DNA of 64,000 bases from Prorocentrum cordatum. Lineage: Eukaryota. The notes under the pieces are model-generated. The model ran no database searches and was not told where the DNA came from. It saw only the letters and a list, made by a program, of their open reading frames with translations. Position numbers and translations under genes: made by a program. Within the stretch, counting starts at the first letter, position 1. Each line of letters begins with the position of its first letter. Positions 10,344 to 22,985 of the stretch are shown piece by piece. The stretch is from assembly GCA_963575745.1 (NCBI GenBank), contig CAUYUJ010000159.1, positions 310,001 through 374,000 on the forward strand, read 5' to 3'.

Positions 10344-10585
10344 AGCCCTCCCAGGGAGGGGGTTCAAACCCCTCCCCCAGCGCTGGCGCCGGCGCTGGCG
10401 GCCGCCAGCAGCGTCCACGGCGGGGACGCAACGACGATGACCAGAGGCAGCTCAGGGGGGGGGTTCAACCTCCCCCCCCTGGCGCCGGGGGGGGGGGGAC
10501 ATCCCCCTCGCGCCGACGCCTGCGCTGGCGGCGGCCAGCAGCGCCGGCGCTGGCGCCGGCGACTGCGGGGACGCAGCGACGATTA

Positions 10586-11486
10586 CAACCACTACCACCA
10601 CCACCACCACTACCACCACCACCACCGCCGCAACCCACCACCACCACCACCACCAACAGCACCACACAACCACCACCACCGCCATAGCCACCACCACCAC
10701 AACCACCACCACAACTCACCATCACCATCACCACCACCACAAAAACCCACCACCACTACCACCACCACCACCACCAATCTACCACACCACCACCACCACC
10801 GCCACAACCACTACCAGCAGCACAACCCACCGCCGCCACCACAAACCAGAACACCACCACCGCCACCACCACCGCGACAACCACATCACCACCACAACAA
10901 GCGTCCACAAACCACCTCCACCACCACAACCCACCACCACAACCACCACCACAAACCACCACCACATCACCACCACACCACCACAACCACCATCACCACC
11001 ACAACTCACCATCACCACCACCAGCACCACAAAAACCCACCCTTACTACCACCACCACCACCACCACCACTATCTACCACACCATCACCACCACCGCCAC
11101 AACCACCACCACAACCAGCAGCACGACCCACCACCACCACCACCACCACCACAAACCACCACACCACCGCCACCACCGCCACCACCACCACCAACACTAC
11201 CTCCACAAACCACCACCACAACCACAACCCACCACCACCACCACCACAACAAACCCCCACCACACCACCACCAAACCACCACCACCACCACCAACACCAC
11301 CACCACCACAACCAACCACCACCACCACCACAAACCACCACCACACCACCACCAAACCACCACCACCACCACCCACCGCCACAACCACCTCCACCACAAC
11401 AAACCACTCCACCACCACCACAACCACCGCCACTGCTACCACCACCACCACCACAACCCACCACCACCACCACCACCACCACCACC
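10586..11486. repeat. Degenerate (CCA)n microsatellite, ~0.9 kb
   Basis: CACCACCAC runs with A/T interruptions, seen directly. Confidence 0.95.
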
Positions 11487-11849
11487 GTCATCGTCGACGC
11501 TCTTCGCCACCGCCGCCCGCCGCCGCAGGCGCCGGCCGGCGCCGGTCCAGAAATGGAAATCGTCGTCCCCGCCGCCGTCGCCAGCCGCCGCCGACGCAAG
11601 TGTCGGCCCCAGGAGAGGGGGGAGGGGCGGGGGGGGGGACCCCCCCCCGTCACGGGAAGGGAGGGGGGTTCGAACCCTCACCCCCCTCCATCCACGGGGG
11701 GGGGGGTCAGGTTCCAACCCCCCCCCTCCACCCCTCCCCTCCAAGCGACCACAAAACGCGCTTTTTCAGAGAATTCCACGACGCCCCAAAAAGCCCCTGG
11801 AGGCACAAATCATTGTTTTTTTTTTGGTTTTTGAAAATGTTTGGCGTTC

Positions 11850-12350
11850 TCGCCATTTCGGCGCTCCCAAGACGGCCCAAAACGCACCCATGACAACCCC
11901 AAACAAAAACCAAGAGGCCTCCAAGAGGACCCCAAGAGGGCCGAAAAAAACCCCTTAGGCGGCCCAGGATGCGCCCAAAACGGCCCCAGAGGGCCCCAAA
12001 TGGGACCCGAGAGAGGGAACGCGAGTCGAGAATCCGAGCCTTTCGCTCAAACGATCGGCCCCCAGGTGGCCCCAAAAGGCGCCTAGGAGATACCAAAACG
12101 CGTCTAAGAGGCCCCAGGGAGGCTCCAAGAGGCCCCCAAGAGGCTAGTGCTATTGCGTTCCACGCCTCCAAAAAAACAAAGAGGCCGCCAAAACGCCCCC
12201 AAGGAAACCCCGAACCCGCACCCAACAAGCCTCCGAACTGTCTCCAAGAGGCCCCCGAAAAAGGCCTCCCACGATATCCCAACGAACATCCCAAAAGGCT
12301 TCACACCCACGACCCAACTACGGTGGCGGGATGGGCTGGAAGTCGCTCAA
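11850..12350 (+). repeat. Dispersed CCAAGA/GGCCCCAAGA-rich repeat family
   Basis: Recurrent GGCCCCAAGA/CTCCAAGA motifs. Similar blocks occur at ~680-780, 24990-25150, 45390-45900 (reverse) and 52760-53560. Confidence 0.7.
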
Positions 12351-12489
12351 TCTTTAGAATGAACCATGGGGTGGAATCGTATGTGAACTGCACCAGGGTC
12401 GCCCGTTAATTCCGCACTCGGGAAGGTGGTGGAATCTATTCTCTCTTAGACATGAAAACCTACGTGGTGCAATTCATAGTGGGCATGGG

Positions 12490-14150
12490 CAACTTGGAAC
12501 TGTCAACCCTACAGCTCGCGCAATCACCCCGCCCACCCACCCGCAACATAGTTTGCAATACCCATGCGGCGGCGATTGTGATGAGAGGCTGGTCTTGGCT
12601 GGTGCATTTCTGAGTCCGCGCAAGCCCGCGCATGCTCGCGCGCAAAACGGCCACCTAGTCTGGCGCGACCGACGCAGCCACGGTGGCGGTGACCGATGGG
12701 CACGTCCCAGCGCGTCTTGCAGGCCGCGCTGACGCGCGAACATTTCAGTGCGAGTCGGTGATTCGGGCGGGCGCGGTATCAGGGCGACGTCGACAATGGC
12801 AGACACGATGATGATTGCGGTGGTGCTAATGGCGACGATGACGGCGACGACGGCACGGCAAATGACGGCCCGGCTGCTGATCACGCCGATGACGATGATG
12901 CTGTCCACGCTTCGGTGAAGGTTTTGGAAGGCTTTCACCGTGCGCGCGCGGTCGATGGGCGAGAAAATGGCTCGTATTCTGCCATCTGAAAGGAGCGTGC
13001 CCCCCCCCCCCCGGCACGCGCGTAAAGGCCTTCGACATGCGCGCGCGAGAGGCCAACGTGGTGGAAATTGTTGCACATGCTGAAAAAGGTCGCGCTTCTC
13101 TAAAGAACTCGCAAGAGCGCAGACTTTTTGCAGCATGCTCCAAATTATGTCAGGGATGTGGTCCTTAAGTACGGGAAAGACAGCACAACCCCAACGAAAA
13201 GGAGAGGCGCTGGGCGAGGCAGGGACGGAGATCGGTGTTGCAAATCCATTTGTTTAGATGTGTAGGAGACGCTCCATGTTGAAGTCCATGCGACACCGAC
13301 GGTTTTTGAAGGACTCCGGCATGCGCGCGCGGAGCCGCGCGCGTGCCCTTCGTCCTGGCCGTTTGCAGAGAATTCTCGGAAATTTATGATTTGTGTTCCA
13401 ACAGCCCGCGCGCGGGCTGCGTTCCCCCTCCCTTCCCTCCCTCCCTCCCGCCCCCCCTCCTCGGCCGCCCCTCTCTACAGCTGGGCTTCTTCGCTGGGTA
13501 GGACAGTGCGCGAATAGTGTGTTTCTGTTGCAAAAGATGGTGTGCGTGGGGGGGATCGATGCCGGTTGGGCTGGAATGGTATGAACTCATATGATAGTCG
13601 GATGGGCGACAGGGCAGAGTCATCATATATGCAATTTTCACTTCCCCAGGGCGGGGGGATAATCCTGAGGGGTAGTAGATCCGAATTCTTTTTCGGAGTA
13701 TATATATACACATATACATGAATATATATATATATATATACACATACATATATATATATATATGTGTGTGTGTGTGCGGCGCAGCGCAATGCAAAGAAAT
13801 ACGATTGCAACGAAACGACATTCAAACCAGTTCACCGCAATGCGACGCGATGCAACGCGATGCAAGGCAATGCCATTGCAATGCAAAGCGCAATGCCAAG
13901 CAATGCAACGCAATTCAAGCAACGCCAAGCAATGCGATCCAATGCGATTGCAACGGGGGGGGTGAAACGGGGCGGCGGCGACGGGGCGGCGACGGCGACA
14001 ACAAGGCGGCGAACCTGGCACCAGAGCCCGTACGGCGGGCGGCGACGAGGCGGCGACAACAAGGCGGCGGGCTGGGCAAAGGAGCCCAGTTCATTAGAAG
14101 ACAAAGAAACAACCCGAAATACAAGCGGTGTTTGGGGATTGTGGCCGTGG
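12490..14150 (+). repeat. Dispersed repeat family X, copy B, with internal (TA)n and degenerate (GCAAT)n
   Basis: Homologous to 1-610 and, in reverse complement, to 53830-54700 and 56770-57140. Confidence 0.7.
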
Positions 14151-15019
14151 ACTGAAAACTAGCTGGGGCTGGAATTGTCAGGGCCCCAGTCGTCTTCAAT
14201 CTGCTCTGCTCGTCTTGGCGCCGCTCAAATTCGTCTGAAAAGCTCTCGCAGGCGGGAACTCTGTTTTGATAATCAGGGGGCGCCTTTGCATAATGAATGT
14301 GTTGCTTAGTAGATTCCCGTCACTATCGGAAACCAGTGTGTAGCGGTCACACGGATGGAGAGCGGCTCCTTGCCACTGCGGGGCTCTCACGAGAGACCTC
14401 TGAATGTTGTAGTCCCGGAAGCATGGACATGCCACGATTACACGCAGGGAGTGCGGTCTCTGAAAGGCCGACGGTGGGTTCTCACTTGAACCTCACTTGT
14501 TCACAAGCCTTGATAACAACCTATCGAAACCCTACGTGTTAACATTCGTGCAACAAATCAGCCGACCCTTCGGCTTGTGTGAGACGCTGTCGTCGTCTTC
14601 GTTGTCGCCAGCCCCAAAGAAATTCAGAAACGAACCGACAAAAAAAACGTCGTAATTAAGTAGGTTCTCTCGCCCTCTCCCCTCCCAGAAGGGGGGGTGA
14701 GGGGGATGTAAGGGGGGGGAAGGGGGAGGTAAGGGGGGGGGATGAGGCGGCGGGGGAGGGGGGTACGGGGGGGGCCCCCCCCAGGGTCCCGGCGGTCCCC
14801 CCTCCTCCCTGGCCCCCCCTGTGGACAGGGAGGACAGGGGGGGGTCCCCCCTGCAGGGGAAGGGTCCTGGAGGGGGGTCCTGGGCGAGGTCGCGCCTGGG
14901 TGCTCCCAAGTCAAAATGCCGGTTCAGGTGGGTCCGGGGGTGGGGCGCAAGCGGGGGTCCCTGTGGAGGTCCCGCTTTCAAGGTCGGCGGCACAAACAGT
15001 AGACGGGGGGAACAGCGAA

Positions 15020-16513
15020 TTCTGCTGGAATCGTCGGAGATCTATCAGGTATCCTCCTGCCAGGTTCCTAAGGAATCCTTCAGGAATCATGTATGGCCCC
15101 TCCGAAGAAGTCAAAATTCGCAGGAATCTGAAGGGGCCGAATGAAGCATTGACAAACATCCCAAAAAGGAACCCGTCAGGAACCCTCCAGGAGTCGGCTG
15201 TAAATCTACAAGAATCCTCAAGAGCTTTTGGAACCCACCAGAAAAATCAGGAATATGATTGGAACTTGAAGAATCCTTTGGGACCATAGAAAATCCGAGG
15301 GATCTTTAAGGAACTCCGTGAAACATAAGAACTCCTTGAAGAGTCCCCATGGATCCTTCAACAAAAGGGCAGGGGATCCGCAGGAATCCACAAGAAATCC
15401 GTCGGCATCCGAACCTAAGAGCCATAAATAATTAACTCATTCTTGAAGGGGGGCAGCGGATTTTCAATAATCTCCTGGATTGTTCAGAAACCCGCAGAAA
15501 TCGTCACGAATCCCCCCAAAATGCCAACAGAATCGTCCGGGATCCTTCGGGGACTGGCAGAAAGCCCCAGGAACCATTCAGGGATCAAGAACCTTTAGGA
15601 ATCCACAGCAAACAGTCTTCAGAAATCTTTGAGGACTCTCGCGGATCTAGGGACCGCCAGACATCATGTTAATTATGAATGTGCGGAAATCCACTGATAA
15701 TCCGCCATGAACCCAAGCATCCTGCATGAATCCTTCAGGAATCGGCAAGAATCCTCAGGACCCCCTCAGGGATTACTTTATTTTTTCAAGAACTGTCAGG
15801 TGCCTACAGCAGGAATCCTCGGGCCCCCCCGTGGATCCTCACGACCTCCAGGAAGCCGCAGAAATCTGTCAAGAAGCTTTGGAAATCAATGGAGAATCCG
15901 CCGCGAACCTTTCACGCACCTTCAAGAATCCACAGGAACACGAAATACGTGTCGGGAGCTCTTTCAAGAATCTTGCACCAATTTGCAGGGATGTCGGGAA
16001 CCCGCAAGAATCCGCGGGAATCCCCCCGAGATCACTCTGGAATCTTCAGCGCATCATGGCCGCGCAGGTCACGTTCTTCCTTATTTTCCTTGTCCTTTCC
16101 TCCCTCGACCAACAATACGCCCCTTCACTGGACTACCAACTCTCGAATGACTTGTGAAGGGGGAGGAGGAGGAGCAAAAGGAGGTGGAGGGCGCTGCTGC
16201 ACCGCAGGCGTGATCATATCACTCTCACCCTCACCCTTTTCAGCGCCTTGTTCGCTACTCGCACACCACTGCGACTTACACCAAAACCTCGCCTTAACAC
16301 CGCACTAAGAGTAACGCACACGGAACCGCGAGCACGATGGGTTGTTCCGTTCTCCTTACGGCCCCGAGAATCCTTGGTGATGCCAGCGGTGTCCTGAAAG
16401 ATCTTGAAGGATGACTGGGCGAGCAACTAAATATTCCCGGGAGGTGGTAAAGTGTTCTACGGATTCCTTTCGATCCCTATGGGGGATTCTTGAAGGGCCC
16501 GGGGGGGATGCCT

Positions 16514-16566
<53 letters not shown>

Positions 16567-16800
16567 TGGCGGGTTTCGGCAAATTCCTGATGGTTTCTGA
16601 AAGCTCCAGGCGTTTCCTGAAATACCCTGGAAAAAGGAAACATCCAAGTTCTGGAAAGACTTCTGCGACATCCACGAGGGTTCTTGGAGGGCCCTGCCGG
16701 GTTTGGACGAATCCAAGCGGATTTCTAAAACAAAAAAAACCCTCGGGGTTTCGCGAAGATCCCGGGGGCGCCCTGAAGGCCAGGCCGACTTAGGTTCAAT
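15020..16800. repeat. Degenerate GGAATCC-motif repeat region
   Basis: Dense GGAATCC/GAATCCT motifs, reversed in ~16360-16800. A similar block lies at 57950-58190. Confidence 0.6.
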
Positions 16801-17169
16801 CCCTTCTAAAGTAGCGAAGCTATTTGGGGCTGTCTTGTGCCGGGCTGTCTTGGACTCCCTCGGGCAGTCTTGGATTGGGTTGTCTTGGGCCCTGCGCGCC
16901 ACCATCGTTGCCCGTGCCGTCGCGCAGCGCGGGGGCCGCTGCTTCTAGCGCGAGCTTCGCGGCAACCAAAGCGCCCTCCCGGCGCAGATGTCCACCCTCA
17001 TCATCCTCCGTTGGGAATTCGGGGCTCTGCTAATTTCTCCATGGCCCTGGGGGCCCCGAAGGTTTCCCCGCGATCCCCGAAGGGTGCTTCAAGGATTCCT
17101 GGATTGACGGAGCGGACCCGCGCCGACCTCAGAAGAATGCCTGAGTCTCTCTCAGGTCAGGCGAACCGT

Positions 17170-18430
17170 GCCTAGACGGCACATTGGCTGCAGATCGCAT
17201 GCGTGAGCATGCACACAGCACGCCGGCGTCGACAATGCGAAGGGCAAGGCGTAACCATCGTCGCCGGCTTCGGCTCCATGCGCAGGGATTCTCTAAAAAT
17301 CAACGCTTCTACACCGGGGTGCAACTCAGAATCATTTATCCCCTGGAACTGGCGATGAAGATGATACAGAATGGCGGCCGGCCGGTTGAATTCGAACAGC
17401 GCCTCAACACTGCTTCTTCCCATTCCCGTTGATTGAAAGAGCTCTGCTCGATCGTTTGTCGGGCGGCCCCCTCCTGACTCGAGGCCCCGCCGTGCATGCG
17501 CGCTGCCATTGTCACCGTGCGCGCGTGCACTGCCGAAGCCCGCTGCAACCCGGGACGCCCTCTGCGGCGTCTCCCAGGGCCGAGGGGACGAGAAGTCCCG
17601 CTGCGGAAGACACGCTGGCGAGGCAGCGATTCTTTGGGCAGGGCGGGCAGTTTTTCCATAGTAGAACAATTGCCTGGCTAGCAAATGCTGGCTCAAACAT
17701 TGCCGGTTTGCTCTGCGCCGGACCTCTGCGTTGCTGACAGGAGGAATCGTCGAGTGCGCAATGTTAAAAATCGCGCGTAGACACTGAGCTTGAAACGCGT
17801 CGATTTTCACTCGGTCTGCCGCGTGCCGACGAAATGCTTCCAGGCTGCAAGTGAGTTTTGACGCACCGCGCGCACTGAACAAGTCTACCTGTCTGGCCCT
17901 ACTTATGTTGGCGTGCCTCCAAATGGCTTGCAACGTTCGAAAGACGCGCGGGCTTCACCTACGCGCCGGGCAACTGATGCCCCTGTTTCCCCGTCGGCCC
18001 GGAGGAGGCTGCCCAGGTAGACCGTCGAGGTGATTGTCTTGAGGGGCGTGCCCTGCGGCGCGTGGGTGTCCACGTTGTGCCGGATGCGCAAACGCACGGT
18101 AATGTCCCAGTTGGGCTCCAGACCGTGCATGCGAGCTCTGAAGATCAGCGTGCCCAGGCAGAGCTGCAATCTTGCGATATTATTCGACACCTGCGCCATG
18201 TCGTCGGCGTGCGCCACGTCGGCGCTGACGGCATCAGCGCGCGAGTGCCCAAACTGAGAACTGACGTCTTGCTCGACATCCTCCATCAGCGCGCTCAGCA
18301 TGATGATGATCAAGTACGGGCTGAGGCGGCACCCCTGCGCGACGCCGGAGCACTGCGCGCGTCGGTTGCTGCAACCATGCTCGCCCTTCACCTCGAATCT
18401 CTCTGCCCGATTGAAAACCCCTGAAGATCA
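17170..18430 (-). pseudogene. 5'-truncated non-LTR (LINE) reverse transcriptase relic
   Basis: SGVAQGCRLSPYL, AHADD (decayed YADD), VYLGSLL...VARRVGEARASF, KIDAFQAQCLRAIF..VSNAEV and RRRGRP. Frameshifted. Confidence 0.9.
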
Positions 18431-19149
18431 CGTTGCCCCCATCGCAATTCAGGGCCACATCGAGGACATTACTTCGAGCACCCATGAGATATATAAACAA
18501 TGTCGAACGAGTACCCCCCCCCCCCCCCAGGGCCCGACGCGTGAGACCCCTTCTAAGTCGGTGCTCTGTAGGTGCTCGAAATCATATATGGTGATCCAGG
18601 CCAAAAGAGGATGGAACATCAGAACATGAAGACTCCGCGTGGATCCCAGGGCCCCCCCCGTGATTTCAACGACTTCTTGCGACTGCCCACAAGGAGCTTG
18701 ATGAGGCTAGCTTCGCCCCTGTCTCGCTGTCTGGGCGAACCGTCGCGGTTCTCCTTGCGGCGCCGCTCGCGTTGCTGAGTTCCCCGGCGGCTCTGGAAGA
18801 CCCGCCCCAGTCCGAGGGATGCCCCCCGCCCCCCCCCGCGCCCACAGCGATATTTAGCACCCATATTCCGAAATTCATGGGGGCCGAAGGGCCAGGGAAA
18901 GGGGGGGCCGGCGGCGGGGCCCAATCTTCCCTTAACAAATAAAAGGCCCGACAACTAGCCTCTTCTGTTGAGCGCAACTTTGAAGCGTCCGCCGGGTGAG
19001 CTGACCGCGCGAGCCATAATCATCCACTAATATGGGGGCACCGGGTCCCAAAGGCGGCAAACGACCGGGCGCGCGGTATGAAATTGTGCATGGTCACACA
19101 GTGATGCGGCGTGTTGAGACAATGGCTTGGCTGCCTTGGTTTACGCGCG

Positions 19150-21550
19150 CGCGCGCTGCCAGAGTCAAAGTTATGGCAGAATGAGGGTGGATACCGGCAT
19201 GGCGAAAACCGATGGTTTCATTCGTGTTCTGAATACCCCATGATGATATAATGCAGTGCGACTCCACGCGCGCGCGCCCTCGCGCGGGTAATTCGAATGC
19301 TAGGGAATGACTAACATACTTGTGATACTGAATGGTGGGAACCTATTGCGCACTCTGCAACCCCAGCGTGGAATAATGCACGGCGGCGCAACGCGCGTTC
19401 CATACTGCCCGCGCGCGCATTGCGCAACATCGCAACACGGCCCCGCTAATCCTGAAAAGTTGGAAAGTCAACATCACGCGCCCCGCTTGAAATTCAGGGC
19501 CCCAACATGAAAGAACGCATTGCGTCGCGCCGTGCGCCGCTCATTTCTCTCGCGCGCGCAAGGCAAACGTCGCTGGGGAATGGCCATGAATACCAGCTGT
19601 TCCACTCGTGTTCTGAAGGCCTCGACGCGACGTCATCCATGATGGCGCCGCGCGCTGCCGCGATTGCAGGCGCGCGCGGGCCCTCTCGCGCGCGCTCAGC
19701 AAGCGCAAGCAACGGCCATCGGAATGTTGAAAATTGCACGGCGGCGACGCGTTGTCTCGCCCCGTACCCGAAAAGGCCCAACGCGAAACGCTGCACTGCG
19801 ACGCCGCGCGCGCCCCGCATTGCCCGCGCGCGCGCTCGACCCCCCGCGCGCGCAATGCAAGCGCGAGAAGAATTGGCTGCCCGAGCCTCAACAACCGAAC
19901 GGCGGGAATCATCTGTTCCACTCGTGATCCGAAGGCCCCGGCGTCAACGAATCGCGGCGCTGCCTCCGCTGCCCTCGCGCGCGCGCTGCCAGGGCGCTTC
20001 GAGAACAGAACGGCCATCTCAGTTTCGCAGACCGATCAACGATGACAACCAACTGGCCCCGTCGCATTGCCGAAGAGCACCAACGTGAAACAACGCGTCG
20101 CGACAACGCGCGGAGGTGCTCGCGCGCGAGCGGCGCAGAGACCAGCGACGTCAACGCCGCGCGAAGAATGGCGGAAGCCAATTGTTTCACTCGTGTTCTG
20201 AGAGGCCCCAGCGTGGACGCATGCATTGCGACGCGGCGCGCTGCCCCCATTGCCCCCATTGCCCGCGCGCGCGCTCTTGCTCGCGCGGCTCGCGTGAGCG
20301 CGGCGCAAGAACTTGCCAAACAAAATGCAAAACTACCTTCCGCGACAACGCGTCGTGCGAAAATTGCGTCGCCCGCGAGCCGACGGCCTCAGAAGAAAAT
20401 AATAATGCATTGCGGCGGGGCGCCCGCGCGCGAGCGCGCTTCCGCGCGCGCGCGACGCAGCGGCAAAATAATGGCCATCGTGAACAGGCCGGAGAAAACT
20501 AGCTGCCGCAAAAACAACTACTCCGGCTGCGCCTTGGTGGCGCGGCAAAGCGCGGCGCAATATTGCCCGGCATTGCCCGCGCAAGCGCGCGCTCGCGCGC
20601 GGGCAGCGGGGGGGGCGCGCGGCGCCGCAGCGCGATATTCCATGCTGGGGCCCCCGGGACACGCGCGGGGCAGCGCGTTCTTCCGCGGCTCAATTGTCGA
20701 CGCTGCGACGGCCATTCTCGGTTCGCCGCGCGCCGCGAGCGGCGCTGCGCCTGTCCACGTCGAGACCCTCATAATACGAATGAAACACATGGTTGTCATC
20801 CGTCTTCGCAAGTGAGCGCGCGCGCTGCCTGCGCATCTGCGCTGCGCGCGCGAGTGCGCGCGCGTGCGCGGGCAGCGAGGGACGCGCGCCGCGTTGCAGC
20901 GCGCTGTTCCACGCTGAGGCCACTAGGCCGCGCGCGAAACAACTGGCCGGCTGGCCCCGAGTTCATTTCTCGAAAAAAAATAAAGAAACGTTCGAGCCCG
21001 TTTGCAACGCGCGCGAGGGGGCGCGCGCGCGGAAGCGACCGCGAGAGCAGCGAGGAACGCGCTCGACGCCACAATGCGGGATTGACGTCGTTGAGGCCCG
21101 CAAACTACGAGTGAAACAATTTTTTGTTCCCTGCTCAATCTTCGAGATTGAGCGCGCGCCGCGAACTCTCGCGCCGCGCGCGCGCGAGCGAGCGCGCGCG
21201 GGGGGGAACGAAGAGCTCGCGTTGCGCCGCGACGCATGCGCCCTCGCCGGGGCCGTCAGAGCACGCGCGAGTCAATGGGCTTCATTGCCCAGCGCGAGGT
21301 GGAGATGTCAATTCGCTATCGGATATTGCATCGGCCCTGCGGAAGCGCGCGCGAGCAATAAAGAACTCGCATGGCGTCGCTATGCATGATATAGCGTTTG
21401 GTGCCCGCAAAGAACAAGTGAAGCGATGTGTTTCCTCTGTCCAGCTCTCGAAGATAAAACAGGCTGCGTTTGAACGCCGGCGTTCGCCTAGCGCGCGCGA
21501 TCGCGCGCGCCAGCATTGAAGGGCAGGCGCGGGGCCGGAGCGCATTGTTT
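19150..21550. repeat. GCGCGC-rich degenerate array with units in opposite orientations in the two halves
   Basis: Marker TGTT(T/C)CA(C/T)TCGTG occurs forward at ~19214, 19598, 19914 and 20183. Its reverse complement occurs at ~20776, 21107 and 21413. Confidence 0.6.
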
Positions 21551-21569
21551 CGCGCCGGGGCCCTCAAAG

Positions 21570-22730
21570 TCACGAGAAGGAGCCGCCCTCCATCCGCGAG
21601 GCTGTCGCTCACTTTTAAGCGATCATGCGCGACGGTGAAGCGATGGTCCCATTGTGAAAAGGACCCGCCATCCATCCGATAAGCTGCTGCAAACGTTGAA
21701 CGCCCGCAATCTGAACCGGACCCGCCCGCCTTCTGCGAAGCTCCTCTAAAATTTCAAGACGAATGTGCACGACGCGACGGCAATAACCATTCTAACAAAA
21801 ACGGCCCGCCCTCCGTCCACGAAGCTGTTACAAGCTTGTAGACTGAATGCACGCGACGCTGTCGATAACCACATTTTGTCAACAAAGAGTCCGTCTTCCA
21901 TCCGCGAAATTGTCGCCCACTTTTAAAATGAAAGTGCGCGATGCTGAAGCGATACCCACAATTTGAAAAACGGCCCGCCCCCCATCTGTTGGATTCCGGC
22001 AAGCGTTGAAATCGAACGTGACGGCGTTATTGCGAGAACCGCATTCCCAAAAGGATCCACACTCCTTCCGTGAAATTCCCGCCAGCTTTTAGAACGAATG
22101 TGCGCGGCGCAAATGCGAGAACAACATTATGAAAACGACCTGCCATCCATCCGCGAAGCTCTTGTAAAGTTTCTAATGCGAATGCGCAATATGCGACGGT
22201 GAGAACCACATTCTGGAAACAAATGGTCATTCTCCGTCCAAGAAGCTGCTGCAAGTTTTCAGCATGAATGCGCGCGACGCTAATTCGATAACCACATTTT
22301 TCGAAATACCAACACGTCCTCCATCCGTGCAACTGTCGCGCCATTTTAGGACGAATGTGCGCGATGCCAAAAAAATCGCATCATTTTGACAAACAACAAA
22401 AAAAACGCCCTCCATCCGTGAGATTGCGGCAAACGTTGAAGACGGATGTGGCGGCGCTGAAACAAAACCCGCATTCTGAAATGGACCCGCCCTCCTTCCG
22501 TGAAGTCCCTGCAAACTGTTAGGAGTAATGTGCGCGGCGCAAATGCGAGATCCACACTCTGAAAACGACCTGCCCTCCATCCGTGAACCCTTTACAAACT
22601 TTTAAAACGAATGTGCGCGACACTGCGGCGAGAACCACATTCTGAAGAGGGCCCGCCCTCCGTCCGTGAAACTGTTGAAGTTTTTGACGTGGATGTGCCC
22701 GACGCTATTGCGATAACCACACTCATCGCT
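21570..22730 (+). repeat. Diverged ~83-bp minisatellite, about 14 copies
   Basis: CCCTCCATCCGTGAA...GAATGTGCGCG...ACCACATT..GAAAA recurs roughly every 80-88 bp. Confidence 0.8.
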
Positions 22731-22779
22731 TCCAGGGGCGACAGTGGATGGATAATTTGTTATCGCACTGATGCCCGGA

Positions 22780-22985
22780 TCAACCAGCATCAAATCGGAT
22801 CGAATCGGAATGTAAAATGGATTGGACAGCAACGGTACGGAATCTAAATCGGATGGGCCGCGCCAGGACGCACAACAGCGCCATGTAAACGACGCACCAC
22901 ATCGGATCGAAGGAGTCTCGGAATCGATCGAATCGGATCGGGCCGGCCCAAACCGACATCGGGTCGGATCGATCGGATCGAAATG
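22780..22985. repeat. Degenerate (ATCGG/ATCGA)n pentamer repeat
   Basis: Seen directly. A similar tract lies at 41955-42150. Confidence 0.7.

Noticed and set aside
11660..11680. tRNA gene suggested by GGTTCGAACC
   Set aside because: There is no cloverleaf or A box; it sits in a simple G/C hairpin.
10281..11834. 517-aa His/Pro/Thr-rich protein
   Set aside because: It is the Gag start in the 3' LTR running into a (CCA)n microsatellite.
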